From assembly GCF_964204645.1 (NCBI RefSeq), contig NC_134028.1, positions 11,269,263 to 11,333,262 of the forward strand: a stretch of 64,000 bases of DNA. The letters are read 5' to 3'. The notes beneath the pieces are model-generated. The model searched no databases. It was given only the letters and a program-made list of their open reading frames with translations, and was not told where the DNA came from. Within the stretch, counting starts at the first letter, position 1; every line of letters starts with the position of its first letter. This document shows positions 13,542-26,711 of the stretch, piece by piece. A program made the translations under genes and the position numbers. This DNA comes from Tubulanus polymorphus. Taxonomy: Eukaryota > Animalia > Nemertea.

Positions 13542-15509
13542 ATGGCGCCGTCCATACAAAGACCCGGAAATGAGGTGAAAGTAAGCATGAACACTTTGCA
13601 ATTCGTTAAACTGCCTACACTGGACGAGCTCCGCGTTAAGTACCTCTCCCTGGCACGAGAAACTCACCCGGATCGCAGCGTTATTCCAAATGCTACTGCA
13701 CAATTTCAAAAACTTAACAGCGCTTACGTGCATCTCAGAGAACACTTAAGCCATACCACAACCTCGGATAGACGGCGAAAATCATCAACAGAAAATGAAC
13801 TGGGTCTTTTAAACCAACAGATTAATATCTCAGAAAAGACTCAGTCAGTGGTTATTGACCTGTCAAGCAAAGACCCAAGTAGCAGTGTCAAATCATTCCT
13901 ATCCGAACTAAGGAACGATTATGGCAACCCTATAGACCGTGGTGACCACGGCCTCCATTTCAGTGGGACATATGTCGACTCTAATGACAACGCCCTCGGC
14001 ACAATCCACATAACCCTTTACAAGGGATCGGCTAAGAAATCTGCAAAATTACGTGTGCATGGCTCATCGTACCTCCTTTGACTTAGTGAAGATCTGCCTA
14101 AGATGTTAGAAAAGCTACTTAAGAAGAAGCCGGGGCCACCCCTACCGTTGCATGGACCCGCGAAGTCTCCCAAGTCAAGCTGCTTATCGTGCCCCGACCC
14201 GGACTCCAAGTCAATGATCCAATCCTCTCTATGCGAGGGGTGGACTCACAACAAATGCTCCAGGCTATCAGAGGACGACCTCTCTAAAGCTACGTCAAAT
14301 ATGGATGAAATTTACATCTGCCCCCCATGCAGTAATGCTGGGGAGCCAAACCAACCACTGATAAGTTGCGCTCCAGTTACCGCCCTCAATGGAAACACCA
14401 CCGCAGGGTGTCAAGTAGACATCGCAGAGTCCAATCGTGTCTCCATCGGGTGCCAAACCAGCCAGCCAGTGTTGGACAGTTCGGATATTCTTGACCTATT
14501 TAGATCGATTGAATCACAGCTGGTTAACGTCTCGCAACAAGCTGGCCAGTGTGCCAAATTGTCACACATGAAATCAATGCATGACCGTCTAGATGACCTA
14601 GTTAAGCGTGTAGATCATGTCTCGGATTTATCTACCGCTGTACCGATCATGCAGAAATCGTCCGAACAACTAAAGAAATTAGTAGACAGAAATGATAATC
14701 GCGTCAAAGATATCCTGGAGAAAACGTGCAATACGAACGCTCAAGTCATGTCAGCCCTAGAGCTGCTCAATGATTTGAAATCTACGGCTGCGAACAATTC
14801 ACCGGTAGCAAGGGAGGAGTCTTTACACGAAAATAGTCTCCTCGCTTCTAGTGATACTGATGGCCACAGGAATCTGATTGTCGACTCTGATAATGACACA
14901 ATCAGCAACGACCGACATATCAACACCTGCAGCCCGACACCTCGTGAGGCCTCACTAAGTCAAAGTCGGAATTATCGGAGCGTTTACATTATCGGCGATT
15001 CGAATACCAGATATATAGATCCGAAACGTTTCGTCAAAGATGCTTGCAAAGTATTCTCTAAGCGCGCTTTCACCATCAGGCAAGCATCGGATGTCGTAGA
15101 CAAAATCCAGCATGAGCGTCTGTCCTGCATCATACTGCATGTTGGCACCAACGATATAAGAAACCTCAATAGCGGTAGTGCTTGTGTAGACAAATACATC
15201 AACCTAGTTAATAAAATCAAGGACTACTTCCCAGGTGTGAAACTCGTTGTCTCATTAATTCCGCCGAGATTCGATACGCGAACCTTCGACATCCAGTCGA
15301 GATCATTTAACTCTTATATCGTATCATTAGCCGCGCACGACAGAAACACCACCGTAGTGAACAATGACAACCTTGATGATCAACAACGTTTCTACAAGGA
15401 CTCGATCCATCTCAACAAGAGAGACGGAATCAGGAGATTCACCAACAACTTAGCGACTGGTGTCCGCAGAGCTTTACAACTGTTCACCAGGCACTCCAGA
15501 TATCACTAG
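13542..15509 (+). pseudogene. LINE ORF1: J-domain + PHD-like finger + coiled coil + SGNH esterase
   Basis: ORFs 13491-14081 and 14103-15509 share a frame, separated by one TGA. Motifs: HPD with J-domain helices; CLSC..CEGWTHNKC..YICPPC; IIGDSN, LHVGTND, DSIHLN. Confidence 0.85.
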
Positions 15510-15625
15510 ATACTCTTATCTATATATATAAATTCTATTGTTACAGGTATTATCCTGTCACTTGCTTGTATTAAACAACTGCTGTGTATTTGTCTTAAAA
15601 TACTATAACTGTCACTACCCGTATC

Positions 15626-18600
15626 ATGCTCAATATATGTCATTGGAATATCCAGGGTGTGAAAAATGGATTTATATGTAAGACTGAGGACGAGTACTTT
15701 AAGAAACTTACCAACTGTTATGATGTTATATGCCTAACAGAGACATTTACTTGCCAAAACGATGAAATCTCAAACGAAATTTCTGGGTTCAAGAAGCTGC
15801 AATCGTGTAGAGCTAATCTGCCAAATGCCCGTAGAAATTATGGGGGCATTATAATATATGTTAAAGACTATCTAAGAAACTTTGTCAAAGTGGTTGAAAA
15901 CAATTCATCGGAAATAGTTTGGCTCAAAATAACTCCAAATTCCGGCACCAGAAATTCTAGTTCATTATATCTGGCCATTGCCTATATTAGCCCCTTAAAT
16001 TCCACTTACGGAGCAAAACACTCCGATGAAACTTTTCAACTCCTAGAGAGCAGCTGCTCTAAATACCGTAAACGCGGTGATGTAATGATTATAGGTGACC
16101 TTAATGCCCGGACCCCAGCAGCTAATGTTATACATAAAACAGATGAGGATGACTTCGCTTTTCTACCAAATATCCAGGAGCTTGTCTCCAAAAACGGTTA
16201 TATGCCCAACAGGAGAAGCAAGGATAAAACCATTAACAAAATGGGGAGAAATATGCTTGAAATGTGTGATACTGCCAATTTATGTATTTTAAACGGCAGA
16301 AGCCCCGGTGACTTTTTGGGCAAGTACACTTGTCATCAGTATAATGGTAGTAGCACTCCCGACCTTTGTATAGTAAACCAAGACCTGTTTCATAATGTCA
16401 GATATTTCCATGTCCATGACCTAAGTGAGCTGTCTGATCATTGTCCAATTGCTGTAGGCTTAAACTTTGAAAACCAGGAACCAACTAAAAATCATTCTAG
16501 CTTTAAAAAGAAATGTCTTGAAAACAAGCATTTCAAAAATTACAAGTCACCGTCCGATATTCAAAACCTGCTGTCAAACCCAGAAACTATACAAAAATTG
16601 CAGGATCTTAACAACAGTAACAGATGGACATCAGACAGCCCAACTCAAGAGTCAGTTGACCGGATAGTAGAGGATTTTGTTAATATTTCGAAGAATGATT
16701 GCCGAAAGCCAAGGGTAACCAAAGCACGCAAATCCTATAAGAAATGGTTTGATGATCAATGCCACCAAAAAAGCACCGAATCCGTAAATTAGGCAGACTT
16801 ATTAGTGAATTCCCATCAGATGATACCAGAGCTGAATACTTTAAAGCCAAAAAGGCTTACAAAAAGCTTATCAAATCAAAAAAACTAAAATTCAAACAGG
16901 CTCAACTTGATAAACTTAACCAGCCAAATCTACCACCCAGGACATTCTGGAACGCGGTCACTAATCTTGCACCTGGTGGTGATAAGAATAAAACTTATGA
17001 AGGCCCAAATGCGGAAGATCTACTACAGCATTTTATTAATATCAGTAAAGGGGAAAATCATACTGAAAATCAAATAGATACCAATACAGGCAATAACCCA
17101 ATCAACCCTAATACTCAAATATTCCATGAACTTGATTACAGAATAACTGAACGCGAAATACTTGAAGCAATCAATAAGCTTAAGAACAACAAATCCCCGG
17201 GGTTAGATAGCGTCACCAACGAATTACTAAAATTCGGACAAGAGGCAATCTCAAAAAGCTTACTACAAATCTTTAACCACGTCTACAGTAATGGTATCTT
17301 CCCGAGTTCTTGGGCCCAAGGAATAATAACACCCATCCATAAAGGTGGCGCGCCCAATAACCCGGATAACTATAGAGGTATAACGCTGAACAGTTGTCTA
17401 GGAAAGCTATTCTCCTCCATAATCAATAACAGACTTATTAAATATCTATGTTATAATAAAATTATCAATAAAAACCAGATAGGATTCATGCCAAAAGGCA
17501 ACACCTCTGATCATATATTTACGCTAAAGACCATCATTGACAAAAAATTGCTGAAATCACAAAAGCTATACACATGTTTTATTGATTTAAAACGAGCATT
17601 TGATTCCGTCTGGCACAAGGGACTTATGCATAAGCTAAACGATCTTAATCTTGGGCAACACTTTCAAAACATAATATCTAGCATGTACTCAAAAACAACC
17701 TGGTGCCTGAAAATCGGTACCAATATAACGTCTGAAATGTATCCCTCAAACGTGGGAGTAAAGCAAGGTGACATACTTAGCCCTATCCTGTTTAATATTT
17801 TCATAAATGATGTGATCGATATATTTGATGAATTGTGTGATCCTGTTCAATTACATAACTATCTCATAAATTGCTTATTATACGCTGACGATATCGTTTT
17901 GATATCAGAGTCCCAAAGAGGGCTCCAACGTTGTCTGGATAAGTTATATACCTATTTTCAGAGGTGGAAACTTGAAGTTATTATTAAAAAAAGTAAGGTC
18001 ATAGTATTTAGTCGTAAGGGTAACATTCCAGTGTCCCTAGACTTTAAGTACGGCAATCTAGCATTAGACATAGTGAAAGAATACAAGTACCTCGGTATAA
18101 TTTTTTCATCAGACGGTGTTTTTAACAACGCAAAGGTCCACCTGGTAAATAATGCTAGAAGAGCCATGTTCTCAATCCAAAAACTTATTGGTGCGGGTAA
18201 CTGCACCCCAGAAGTATGTATAAAACTTTTCGATAATTTGGTGGCACCAATTTTATTGTACAGCTGTGAAATTTGGGTCCCCTCAAAACAACTCCTAAGG
18301 AAAATCTCAAAAACTGATGTCTTTAACATTGAATTAGCATTTGAAAAAGATGACCACCTACAGAAACTGTTTATCTCGTTTTGTAAATATATACTTAATG
18401 TAACACGTCGAGCAACAAACATGGCTGTAATTGGTGAACTCGGTAAATACCCACTCTATATAGCTGCTTGTATGAGACTCCTGAAATTCTGGCATGCTGT
18501 GCACCAGAATCAGGACAGATTGGTGTACCACGCCATGCAAGAGTCAATCTTGTTGAACTCGACTTGGTATAACTTCCTCGCAAAACTTGCTGGCATCCTT

Positions 18601-19120
18601 AACCATTCAGAACTGATAGAGAATCCATCTAATTCTAAATCTTTTACCCGAGCTAAACATACACTACAAGAGAGATATAAAATTTTTTGGCACAAATGGA
18701 TATCAAATTCCCCAAAACTAGACTGCTACAAAAATCTAAATCCTGAATTTACCATGACGCCATTCTTAATGGATCCTATACTACCAAAACTGTTTAGAAC
18801 CAACATTTGTAAATTTAGGATAAGTAATCATCGTCTTCTGATAGAGCGAGGAAGATATACCAATTTACCAAGAGAGAATAGACTGTGCCAACACTGTAAT
18901 GCCATTGAAGATGAGTTTCATTTTATAGCCTAATAGAATGCTCTCGACTAAATGAAATAAGATATAACCTAAACAGAGCAGTGAGCTGTATATACCCAGA
19001 TGCCCCAAATTGGGAGGACCAGACCAAATTCAAAAAACTTCTCACAGATAAGAAACTACATGGTCCTATTGGGGAATACATCTCTAAAGGCTTTGAAATC
19101 CTAGACTCTGATAATAATTA
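15626..19120 (+). pseudogene. LINE ORF2: apurinic endonuclease + reverse transcriptase
   Basis: WNIQG, LTETF, GDLNA, SDH (APE); KSPGLD, NYRGITL, FIDLKRAFDSV, QGDILSP, YADD, YKYLG (RT). Frameshifts near 16770 and 18930. Confidence 0.95.
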
Positions 19121-19228
19121 ACACGAAACTGCTTTTATTCTTGTTATATTAATGTAAAATGTTTTTTTGTAAATACTATTTGTAAATATCACTCTGTGCA
19201 TCTCGACCCGAAAGGGTGTAAGCAGTAC

Positions 19229-20190
19229 CACAGGGACTTGTCATGACTGATAATGGATGAGACCAATGATGGGGGTACCAGTATCCCTGCAACTGCGCGG
19301 TCATACCTGTACGCTTATCTCATTTATTTGTATAATCCACGCGATGGGTGAGCTCACAAGCTCAAAATCGAAAATGAGGATGAACACGGCGTTCAACTTG
19401 TCATCAACTGGGCGGCCATTAATCACGTGATATCGTAGTAACGGGCTAAATATTTCACGCGCATTGATTGGCTTAGAGATTTCGAAAAACATTACAAAAT
19501 TTATTAAAAGTTCTGTTAATTAATAAAATATCCGTATTATGAAAATATAGTGCAACATTCGTCTGAGGGGTGGTATTATTAGCAAATATTTCCTTTTTTC
19601 AAGTCTACAGACGTAGACTTGTCGCGGTTCTATTAACATAGCCCGAACCTGCACGTCACGTGATTAATGGCCGCCAGCGCGATAGCGCGAGGTGACTTTT
19701 TCATATATTTGTTCGATTTTGAGCTTGCGAGCTCACCCATCGCGTGGATTATACAAATAAATGAGATAAGCGTACAGGTATGACCGCGTAGTTTTAAAAA
19801 ATGTATGGTTTGTTGGGGTTATCTCTAAGATTTCACATAGAAATCATCGTTTGAATTGAAAAAAACGACCATTTTGCTGTCCACCATAGAATCGGTACAC
19901 CTCCATTTTGAGCTATCTCTCGTCAAAAAAAGGTGATTTCGTTGTGAGATAATTGTCGGAGAGTGGTGGTTGTAGGCTCGTTCGAAGCAGAAAGTCTTCT
20001 AGGTTGTATTAAAGCTTATTTCATGTGAATCGGTTGAGAATTTTTGGAATTACAGTCGATTGAAGTGGAGAAGTCATTGTCAGATTGAAAATTTGTTGCC
20101 ACCCTTGTTTTTTATATTATACAGGGATAGTGGACCTGGTCATTGATATTGGTTTTATTCATTCACTATCAATTGTGACAAGTCCCTGTG
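19229..20190. mobile_element. Non-autonomous DNA transposon (8-bp TSD; P- or hAT-like) in the LINE 3' UTR
   Basis: TIR CACAGGGACTTGTCA / TGACAAGTCCCTGTG; TSD AGCAGTAC at 19221-19228 and 20191-20198; internal foldback 19291-19380 / 19712-19794. Confidence 0.85.
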
Positions 20191-20535
20191 AGCAGTACAA
20201 TAAAGAGTTTATTGAATTGAATTATATGGAAAATGACACTTACTCCGCAATAAGCTGGGCCAATTCAGGGTGGGAATTGCCTGCTAGGAGTTGCATTCCG
20301 CGTCTTTCCATACCAAACAGAGATGATTTTGATGCCATAGCTATATTTAGTGAAGTTTTTGCCGAGGGTGAATCACCGAACGATATTGCGTGCACACGAT
20401 TTAACAAATTATAGTAAAATGATTAATGTGTTGGATAGTCGAGATAATATTTTATTGGTTATGCCTAATCATCGGTCACAGAATCGGACTTATGTTCAAT
20501 AGACTGGTTACCGGTCTCAATCTTCAATTAGAGAT

Positions 20536-20856
20536 CATCCTCGCTTGCCAGGGGTCCGGTATCACTCCCGAACTCGCTTCCACCAGCCCCCTGGCCCCAC
20601 GAAGCGTGATTTCATTACTGGCGCTGTTGCGCATGACATCATACATCGATTTGCGAAATACTTCCTTTTTCGGTAAAACGTTCGCTGATTGGTCCATTTA
20701 AAAGGAAAACCAAGCCCAATGTCGTTTGTTACAAGCGCTGTGATTGGTACGACTGGATTCTGGTCGGCTAGTAACGACTCCAACGACTCGTGAGGTCAAG
20801 GGGTTCGGGGAACAGCTTTAGCGTAGTGGGTTCGAATCCCTTGACGGGTGAAGATG
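20536..20856 (+). mobile_element. ~320-bp element with 9-bp TSD, copy 1
   Basis: Ends CATCCTCGC..GTGAAGATG; flanks ATTAGAGAT / ATTAGAGAC; contains B-box-like GGTTCGAATCCC. Confidence 0.7.
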
Positions 20857-21328
20857 ATTAGAGACCGGTTGTGCCCATCCTCCATTTTACATTTTCAATG
20901 CATGTCAAATAAGGTCAAACATGTAAAGTAGCAAGTTACTTCATTCAGTCACTTCCTGGTTAAGATGGCGTCTCTTCGAATCTGCTTAGCTTCGAGAGCG
21001 ATATCAAAATTGTCCTTTACAATGGACGGAAAGACATTAATTGCTGTGTATCAGATATATCCGCTGATAATTTACCTGGTACTCGGAATACAAACTAACA
21101 AGGATCGAAATCTATTGCGAGGCGAGCTCTGCCGCGACCGTCACTGAATACAGAACATTCTGAAGGAACAGGGGACATCCTTTCTATACCGTTCGTGAGA
21201 TGTATTTAGTGAATTGATGTTTTAATACAGTGTTGTAAAATGACTATATTAAGTATCTGAATGAAGTTTACAATCGTTGAACTCCTAAGTGCTTTGTGAG
21301 ATCAGATATTAGGATCCACCTCAGCCTA
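20857..21328 (+). repeat. Unclassified repeat; inverted partner at 24616-25075
   Basis: Reverse-complement match to 24616-25075 (e.g. AAGATGGCGTCTCTTCGAATCTGCTTAGC, GGATCCACCTCAGCCTA). Confidence 0.8.
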
Positions 21329-21750
21329 AAATCTTTCACAATTGAATTATATTTTTGATTTAAAACCCATGTTGTTATTCCAAAATGTCTCCCCGAGAAA
21401 GCTAAATAACATAACTCACTTTCTCTAACTTTTGAATCATGTAAATTTGCACAATAATCTATGATAAATAATGTATTTGTTCCTTTATAAATATTAATTG
21501 CTATTTTTATACAATTATCTAAATTTTTTTTTACTGTTTTAGGATCTAATATAATAAACTTTTTTATCTTAACTATATCCCTATTATATGTTTTATTCAT
21601 TTCATAAGTAGGGCAGAATAATATTATATTATCAAAATGATTCTTATAAATGGTTTCTAACAAATCTCAAATGAAATGTGTTTTACCACAGTTGGTTACT
21701 CCTGTAACTAACATATTATGCGGTTCAAATATAAATAAATCTTTATTCAT
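21329..21750 (-). pseudogene. Packaging ATPase fragment (copy A)
   Basis: MNKDLFIFEPHNMLVTGVTNCGKT Walker A, SGRH motif; premature stop; cut at 21329. Confidence 0.85.
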
Positions 21751-22119
21751 TTATTCTTTTAATTTTACTAGATAAAATCCATTCATTAAATTTATCATCA
21801 TACCCTTTATATTTCACCAAAGAATACTTATTTCCTTTAATAGTTTTTGGTTGTATTCTTCTAAGTTCTTCATATCTATTAAATCTGCTTGCCATTGTTG
21901 ATCAATATATGAAACCATAACTTTTCTTGTTAAATAATTTTTATCCATTTTCTTATGGATTTGGTATGTTGGTTGTTTTTGTAACCATAATCTTAGTTCA
22001 CTATATTTTATATTTTCTTTATCAGATTTAATTTTATCCCATAATTCTGAAACACTAGAATATGATACTTCACTCTCTGGGTTATAATATAAATCTCTTA
22101 AATATTGTTCTTTTTTCAT
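21743..22119 (-). pseudogene. Integrase with catalytic core deleted (copy A)
   Basis: N-terminus up to WQADLIDM is joined near 21840 to the chromodomain tail (YSLVKYKGYDDKFNEWI). Confidence 0.8.
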
Positions 22120-22125
22120 CTTATT

Positions 22126-23082
22126 TTAATCCATCAATAATAATTTAGATTTATTTTCAACGACTTTATCATTTGACTTATTTTCTGGTATAATAGGTTT
22201 ATCATTATCATCATCTTTATTATTCGATTTAGCTTAATATTTATATATAACACCAGAGAATACAATTACTGTGATTAACCCAATTTTGATATATAAGTAA
22301 TTATTTCTTCAAGTATTATAAGAATTAGATGGATTATCATTCGAATCAATATCAGATAATTTCTGTGATTCATTTATATCAGTTAATTTCTTTTTTTTAG
22401 CTGTTTTCAATTCTGAAGATCTTTTACCTAATTCACTAGCCCATTTAATTTGTTTTTCAGATCTAGGTCTCTTCTTAATATCATCACTCATTTATTTTAG
22501 TTAATTTTTGTTCTGATTTAATATCAGTTTCGATATTATCTGATTTATTATCTGATTCGATATTATCTGGTTTATTTACTGTAGGTTTGAAATTAGAAAA
22601 TGTTATTACGCCAGTAGAAATTAATATCATTATTCCGCCTTATTGGAATGAAGCGTATCCAACCCATTTCTGTAATTCTGTCATAACTAAATAATAATTT
22701 TTAAATCACTATATAATTTATTTTCATCATCAATTGGTATTACTCGGTTACATAATTTAGAGTAACATTTAACTATTCCATCACTTATAGAGTCGTTTAT
22801 TCTAGCTAATCTAGCTTCTTCGTATATTTTGAAATGTTTGATTACTTTATCTGGTTTCATATTATCTAATTCTTGAAAAGTTATAATTCTATTTAAGAAT
22901 TCGTTACGCTTTCCGCTGGCAATTAATAATTCTAGATGATGCTTACATGTTAAATAGTATTTATAATCAATATTATTATTTTGAATACAATTAGTAACTA
23001 CTCTATCATTATTATCTGTAATACCTAAATCTTCAATTGTCTTTTCAATATCAATACTATTTTTACTCGATTTCTTCGACAT
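22126..23082 (-). pseudogene. Genes X and Y (copy A)
   Basis: Homologous to 54742-55735 and to Polinton 45775-46664; frameshifts/stops. Confidence 0.75.
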
Positions 23083-23423
23083 TTATATTAGAGAAAAAGT
23101 GAAAAAAATATTATAAGTAATCTTCAAATGATACTAATAACTCTCTGGGTCAAAACTAGTGTTTGATAAGTAATACTAGCTATTTGAAGATAATGAATTT
23201 TTATTCAAATCTTATCAAAATCTATTTAATTACTTTTTGAAAAGAAATAATAGATTTTGAAAAAATTGAAATAATGGCTAGTTGAAGATATGTAATTTTT
23301 AATACTTTTTTTAAAATTAGGATTTAATACCTCACTACTTTTGTCTATCTAAAGGAGCAGTAACTATAACTGTCCAGACAAGTCATTTCGGATTCTCGAT
23401 ATTAAATTCCTGTAAACTATTCT

Positions 23424-24106
23424 TTAACCACTTAATGAAGATTCAATGTATTGTTCATTATTTGGATCACTGTTCCATAATTCAATGAATTTCTTTGCTT
23501 TATCTAACTGATCTAAATATAATTGTAAATCTAGTCCATTTCCTTCCCTAATATTTTCCTTCTTTTCAAGATGTCTTAAATTTTTCCAATTCCAAATCAA
23601 TTTCTCATTGTGTTCATCGTTCATGTTAAATTTAGAAATCGGCAACACATGATCAATGTCGAAATATTCACCATAATTATTCATATTCATTTTTTCATTG
23701 AACTGATATATAATCCAGGATTTTAAGAATTCATCTGAACAATCCAATTAATAAGATAGTGTAACTGAATGTTTATCTTTACTGAATAAATGTGATAATC
23801 TAGACCTTAAGCATTGTTTCAATTTAAAATTAAAATCTGTTCGGCGCCTTTCTTTTTGATAATTTTTATTCAGTTCTTTATAATATTCTCTATTATTTGC
23901 TTGATATTGCTTAATCGAATCTTTGCCTGTTTCAGTATTATTTCTATAATTTTGTTTGTCACTTAGTTTACTACAAGTTTTACAATAACTTTGCTTACCA
24001 TCTTTCTGAGTTTTTGATTGTAATATTCTGATAATGATTTATCTAATTCACATTTTGAACATTTCTTATGGTGAATATTTATAGTTTGTGACTGTTTACT
24101 CTCCAT
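23424..24106 (-). pseudogene. HNH-family endonuclease (copy A)
   Basis: CSKC..CKTC N-terminus, IDHVLPISKF, NWKNLRHLEKKEN. Confidence 0.7.
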
Positions 24107-25184
24107 TTTGATATCCAATTTTTCATTAAAATTGATTAACATGTTTCCCTTTCTCTAAGTGAGATTTAGTTTTATTGTGTCTTGCTTTTTGAAATTTATC
24201 TATATTGATTTTACATGTTGGACAGTAGTACTTCTTATTTGCTTCCATTTTAATATCAAATTTTTTATTAAAATTGATTTTAGAAGTTATTCATATATAA
24301 AATATCATTTATATGAATATTATTAGAGTAATTGGTAATGTCTTGTTTCAAGTCAAAGGTTGAGGGGGTGAGTGAGTAGAAAAATGAAAATAAATTCGAG
24401 CGTGCGAGAATTTATTTTCATTTTTTTATGAGCTTTCAGTGAAAAAGAATTGGTCGTGATAAATTTTATATTCGATTTCTTGCAAAGTCAACATTGACAT
24501 TGTGTGGTCCATGTGGAGGAGGATATTGCGAATTTCCAGTGTGATCTGAGTAACTTGTCTTGACCAAGTCTCTTAATTTGACTGTCCCAACTTGCTGTCT
24601 GTATCAGGAAATCAGTAGGCTGAGGTGGATCCAAATATCTGATCTCACAAAGCACTAAGGAGTTCAACAATTGTAAAGTTTATTCAGATACTAAATATAG
24701 TCATTTTACAACACTGTATTAAAACATCATTTCACTAAATACATCTCACGAACGGTAGATATAGAAAGGATGTCCCCTGTTCCTTCAGAATGTTCTTTAT
24801 TCAAGGACGGGCGCGCATAGCTCAACTCGCATTAGATTTCGATCCTTGTTAGTTTGTATTCCGAGTACCAGGTAAATTATCAGCGGATTTATCTGATACT
24901 TACAGCAATGTCTTTCCGTCCATTGTAAAGGGCAATTTTGATATCGCTCAAAGCTAAGCAGATTCGAAGAGACGCCATCTTAACCAGGAAGTAACTTGCT
25001 ACTTTACATGTTTGACCTCGTTTGACATGCATCGAAAATGTAAAATGGAGGATGGGCACAACTGGTCTCTAATTGACGATAGAGACCGGTAAGCAGTCTA
25101 ATGAGAGGGGACAGGCAACCAGTCTACTATGTATGGTCTGAAATTCGACTGGATTATGAGAATGCCGGTTTGCTAGTGTATCTA

Positions 25185-25510
25185 CATCTTCACCCGTCAA
25201 GGGATTCGAACCCACTACGCTAAAGCTGTTCCCGAACCCCTTGACCTCACGAGTCATTGGTGTCGTTACTAGCCGACCAGAATCCGGTCGTACCAATCAC
25301 AGCGCTTGTAACAAACCGACAGTAGACTCCTGTTGGTTTTCCCGTTAAATGGACCAATCAGCGAAAGTTTTACCGAACAAGGAAGTATTTCGCAAATCGA
25401 TATATGACGTCATGCGCGACAGCGCCAGTAATGAAATCACGCTTCGTGAGGCCAGGGGGCTGGTGGAAGTGAGTTCGGGAGTGATACTGGACCCCTGGCA
25501 AGCGAGGGTG
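25185..25510 (-). mobile_element. ~325-bp element with 9-bp TSD, copy 2
   Basis: Same family as 20536-20856; perfect TSD GTGTATCTA at 25176-25184 and 25511-25519. Confidence 0.8.
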
Positions 25511-26711
25511 GTGTATCTATTGCTCGGGTTAGTTTTACTACCAACGGATGGCGCTGTATGTAAATTTCACATAAATCAATGACTTTCGGCTATTAGCGGT
25601 ACTTACGACCACTCGAAAACATCTTTCTTACTCGATCAAAGTTACACAACACAGTGTGCTTGAATTTAAAGAGCCCTACACCGAGATCCATTTTTGAGGA
25701 TTTCAAAATGCATAGAAAATTCAGATTTCCAAACCACGCATTTTCCAATGCAATCTTTGAAAGAATTGAATGATTTAGATTTGATCATTTATTTCCTCCT
25801 CACTCATCATCGTACAAGATACTAATTTTTTTTCCATTTCAAGCCGAGCACCGACCGGGGCGGCCGATCGCGTGGAGTGTTCATTTAAAGGCTTAACGAC
25901 TAAATTCTACAAAAGTTTGTGAGTTGAAATACTTCGAATGACATATCAGTGGCAAAAATCAATACTTTAAAATTTTCAAATCCGTTTTAATCACTGGAGG
26001 TTGGCGCTGATTTAAATCACTTGATACACGAATAGAACACGAATAAAAATGCGAAAAACGTCGTCAGAAATTGATTTAATCATGTATTAGATGTAAAATC
26101 GTAGAAAAGGTTGGCGGGTATTTGACGCGGCCTTTATTTGTAGGTTGGCTGCGAGGGTAGTGCGCACATGCATGGATTGTCTTTACAAACTGAATGTCGA
26201 GCATGCGCACTGCAAACAAAATGGCGGAAACTCTCTTCGAAAAAAATGGGTTTGACTATATCGTATCACTCACAACCACCTTTTGATGGCTAGGTCTAGT
26301 TCCTATCCATCGATTCTGCTGCCCTCTATATATAATAAAATATAATAAAATATAGGTACTAGTATAGGTGTTAGGGTTCTGCGTTAGGGTCAAAGGCCTC
26401 AAGAGGGTGAGAAAAGGGTCCAGGGGTTAGGGTTAGGGTTAGGGTAAGGTAAGGCTGTGTAGTTAAAGGGTAACTGCACTTTCTTTAAATTTCAAAATAT
26501 GATGTATTCTATTCTCATTTAATAGCTAATTATAATCATTATTATGTAGACTTTCAAAATCAAGAGGCATTTTGTCTCAATTCGAATGCCAAATAGGTAT
26601 AAAATTAAGTTGAATTGCTCTTGTAGCTTATTTCTTATTCATTTCTATAGACATCATTTCCGAGCCGTCACTTTAGTGACGTAGTTCTATTAATAGACGC
26701 AGTACCACGCG

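Larger units (their letters stand above)
13290..20223 (+). mobile_element. Non-LTR retrotransposon, RTEX-like, near full length, mildly decayed
   Basis: ORF1 + APE-RT ORF2 with C-terminal RISNHRLLIERGRY..RLCQHC..EDEFHF motif. 3' end AATAAAGAGTTTATTGAATTGAATT at ~20199-20223 after removing the 19229-20190 insertion. 5' boundary approximate. Confidence 0.85.
21329..24436 (-). mobile_element. Small Polinton-related element, copy A (truncated)
   Basis: Partial terminal hairpin 24326-24436, HNH gene, genes X and Y, internally deleted integrase, truncated ATPase; colinear with copies B and C. Confidence 0.85.

Noticed and set aside
20820-20850. tRNA gene at GGTTCGAATCCC (also ~25200 and ~47520)
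   Set aside because: Only T-arm/B-box-like sequence; no full cloverleaf; embedded in repeats.
26424-26441. True telomere
   Set aside because: Only about three TTAGGG units, interstitial.
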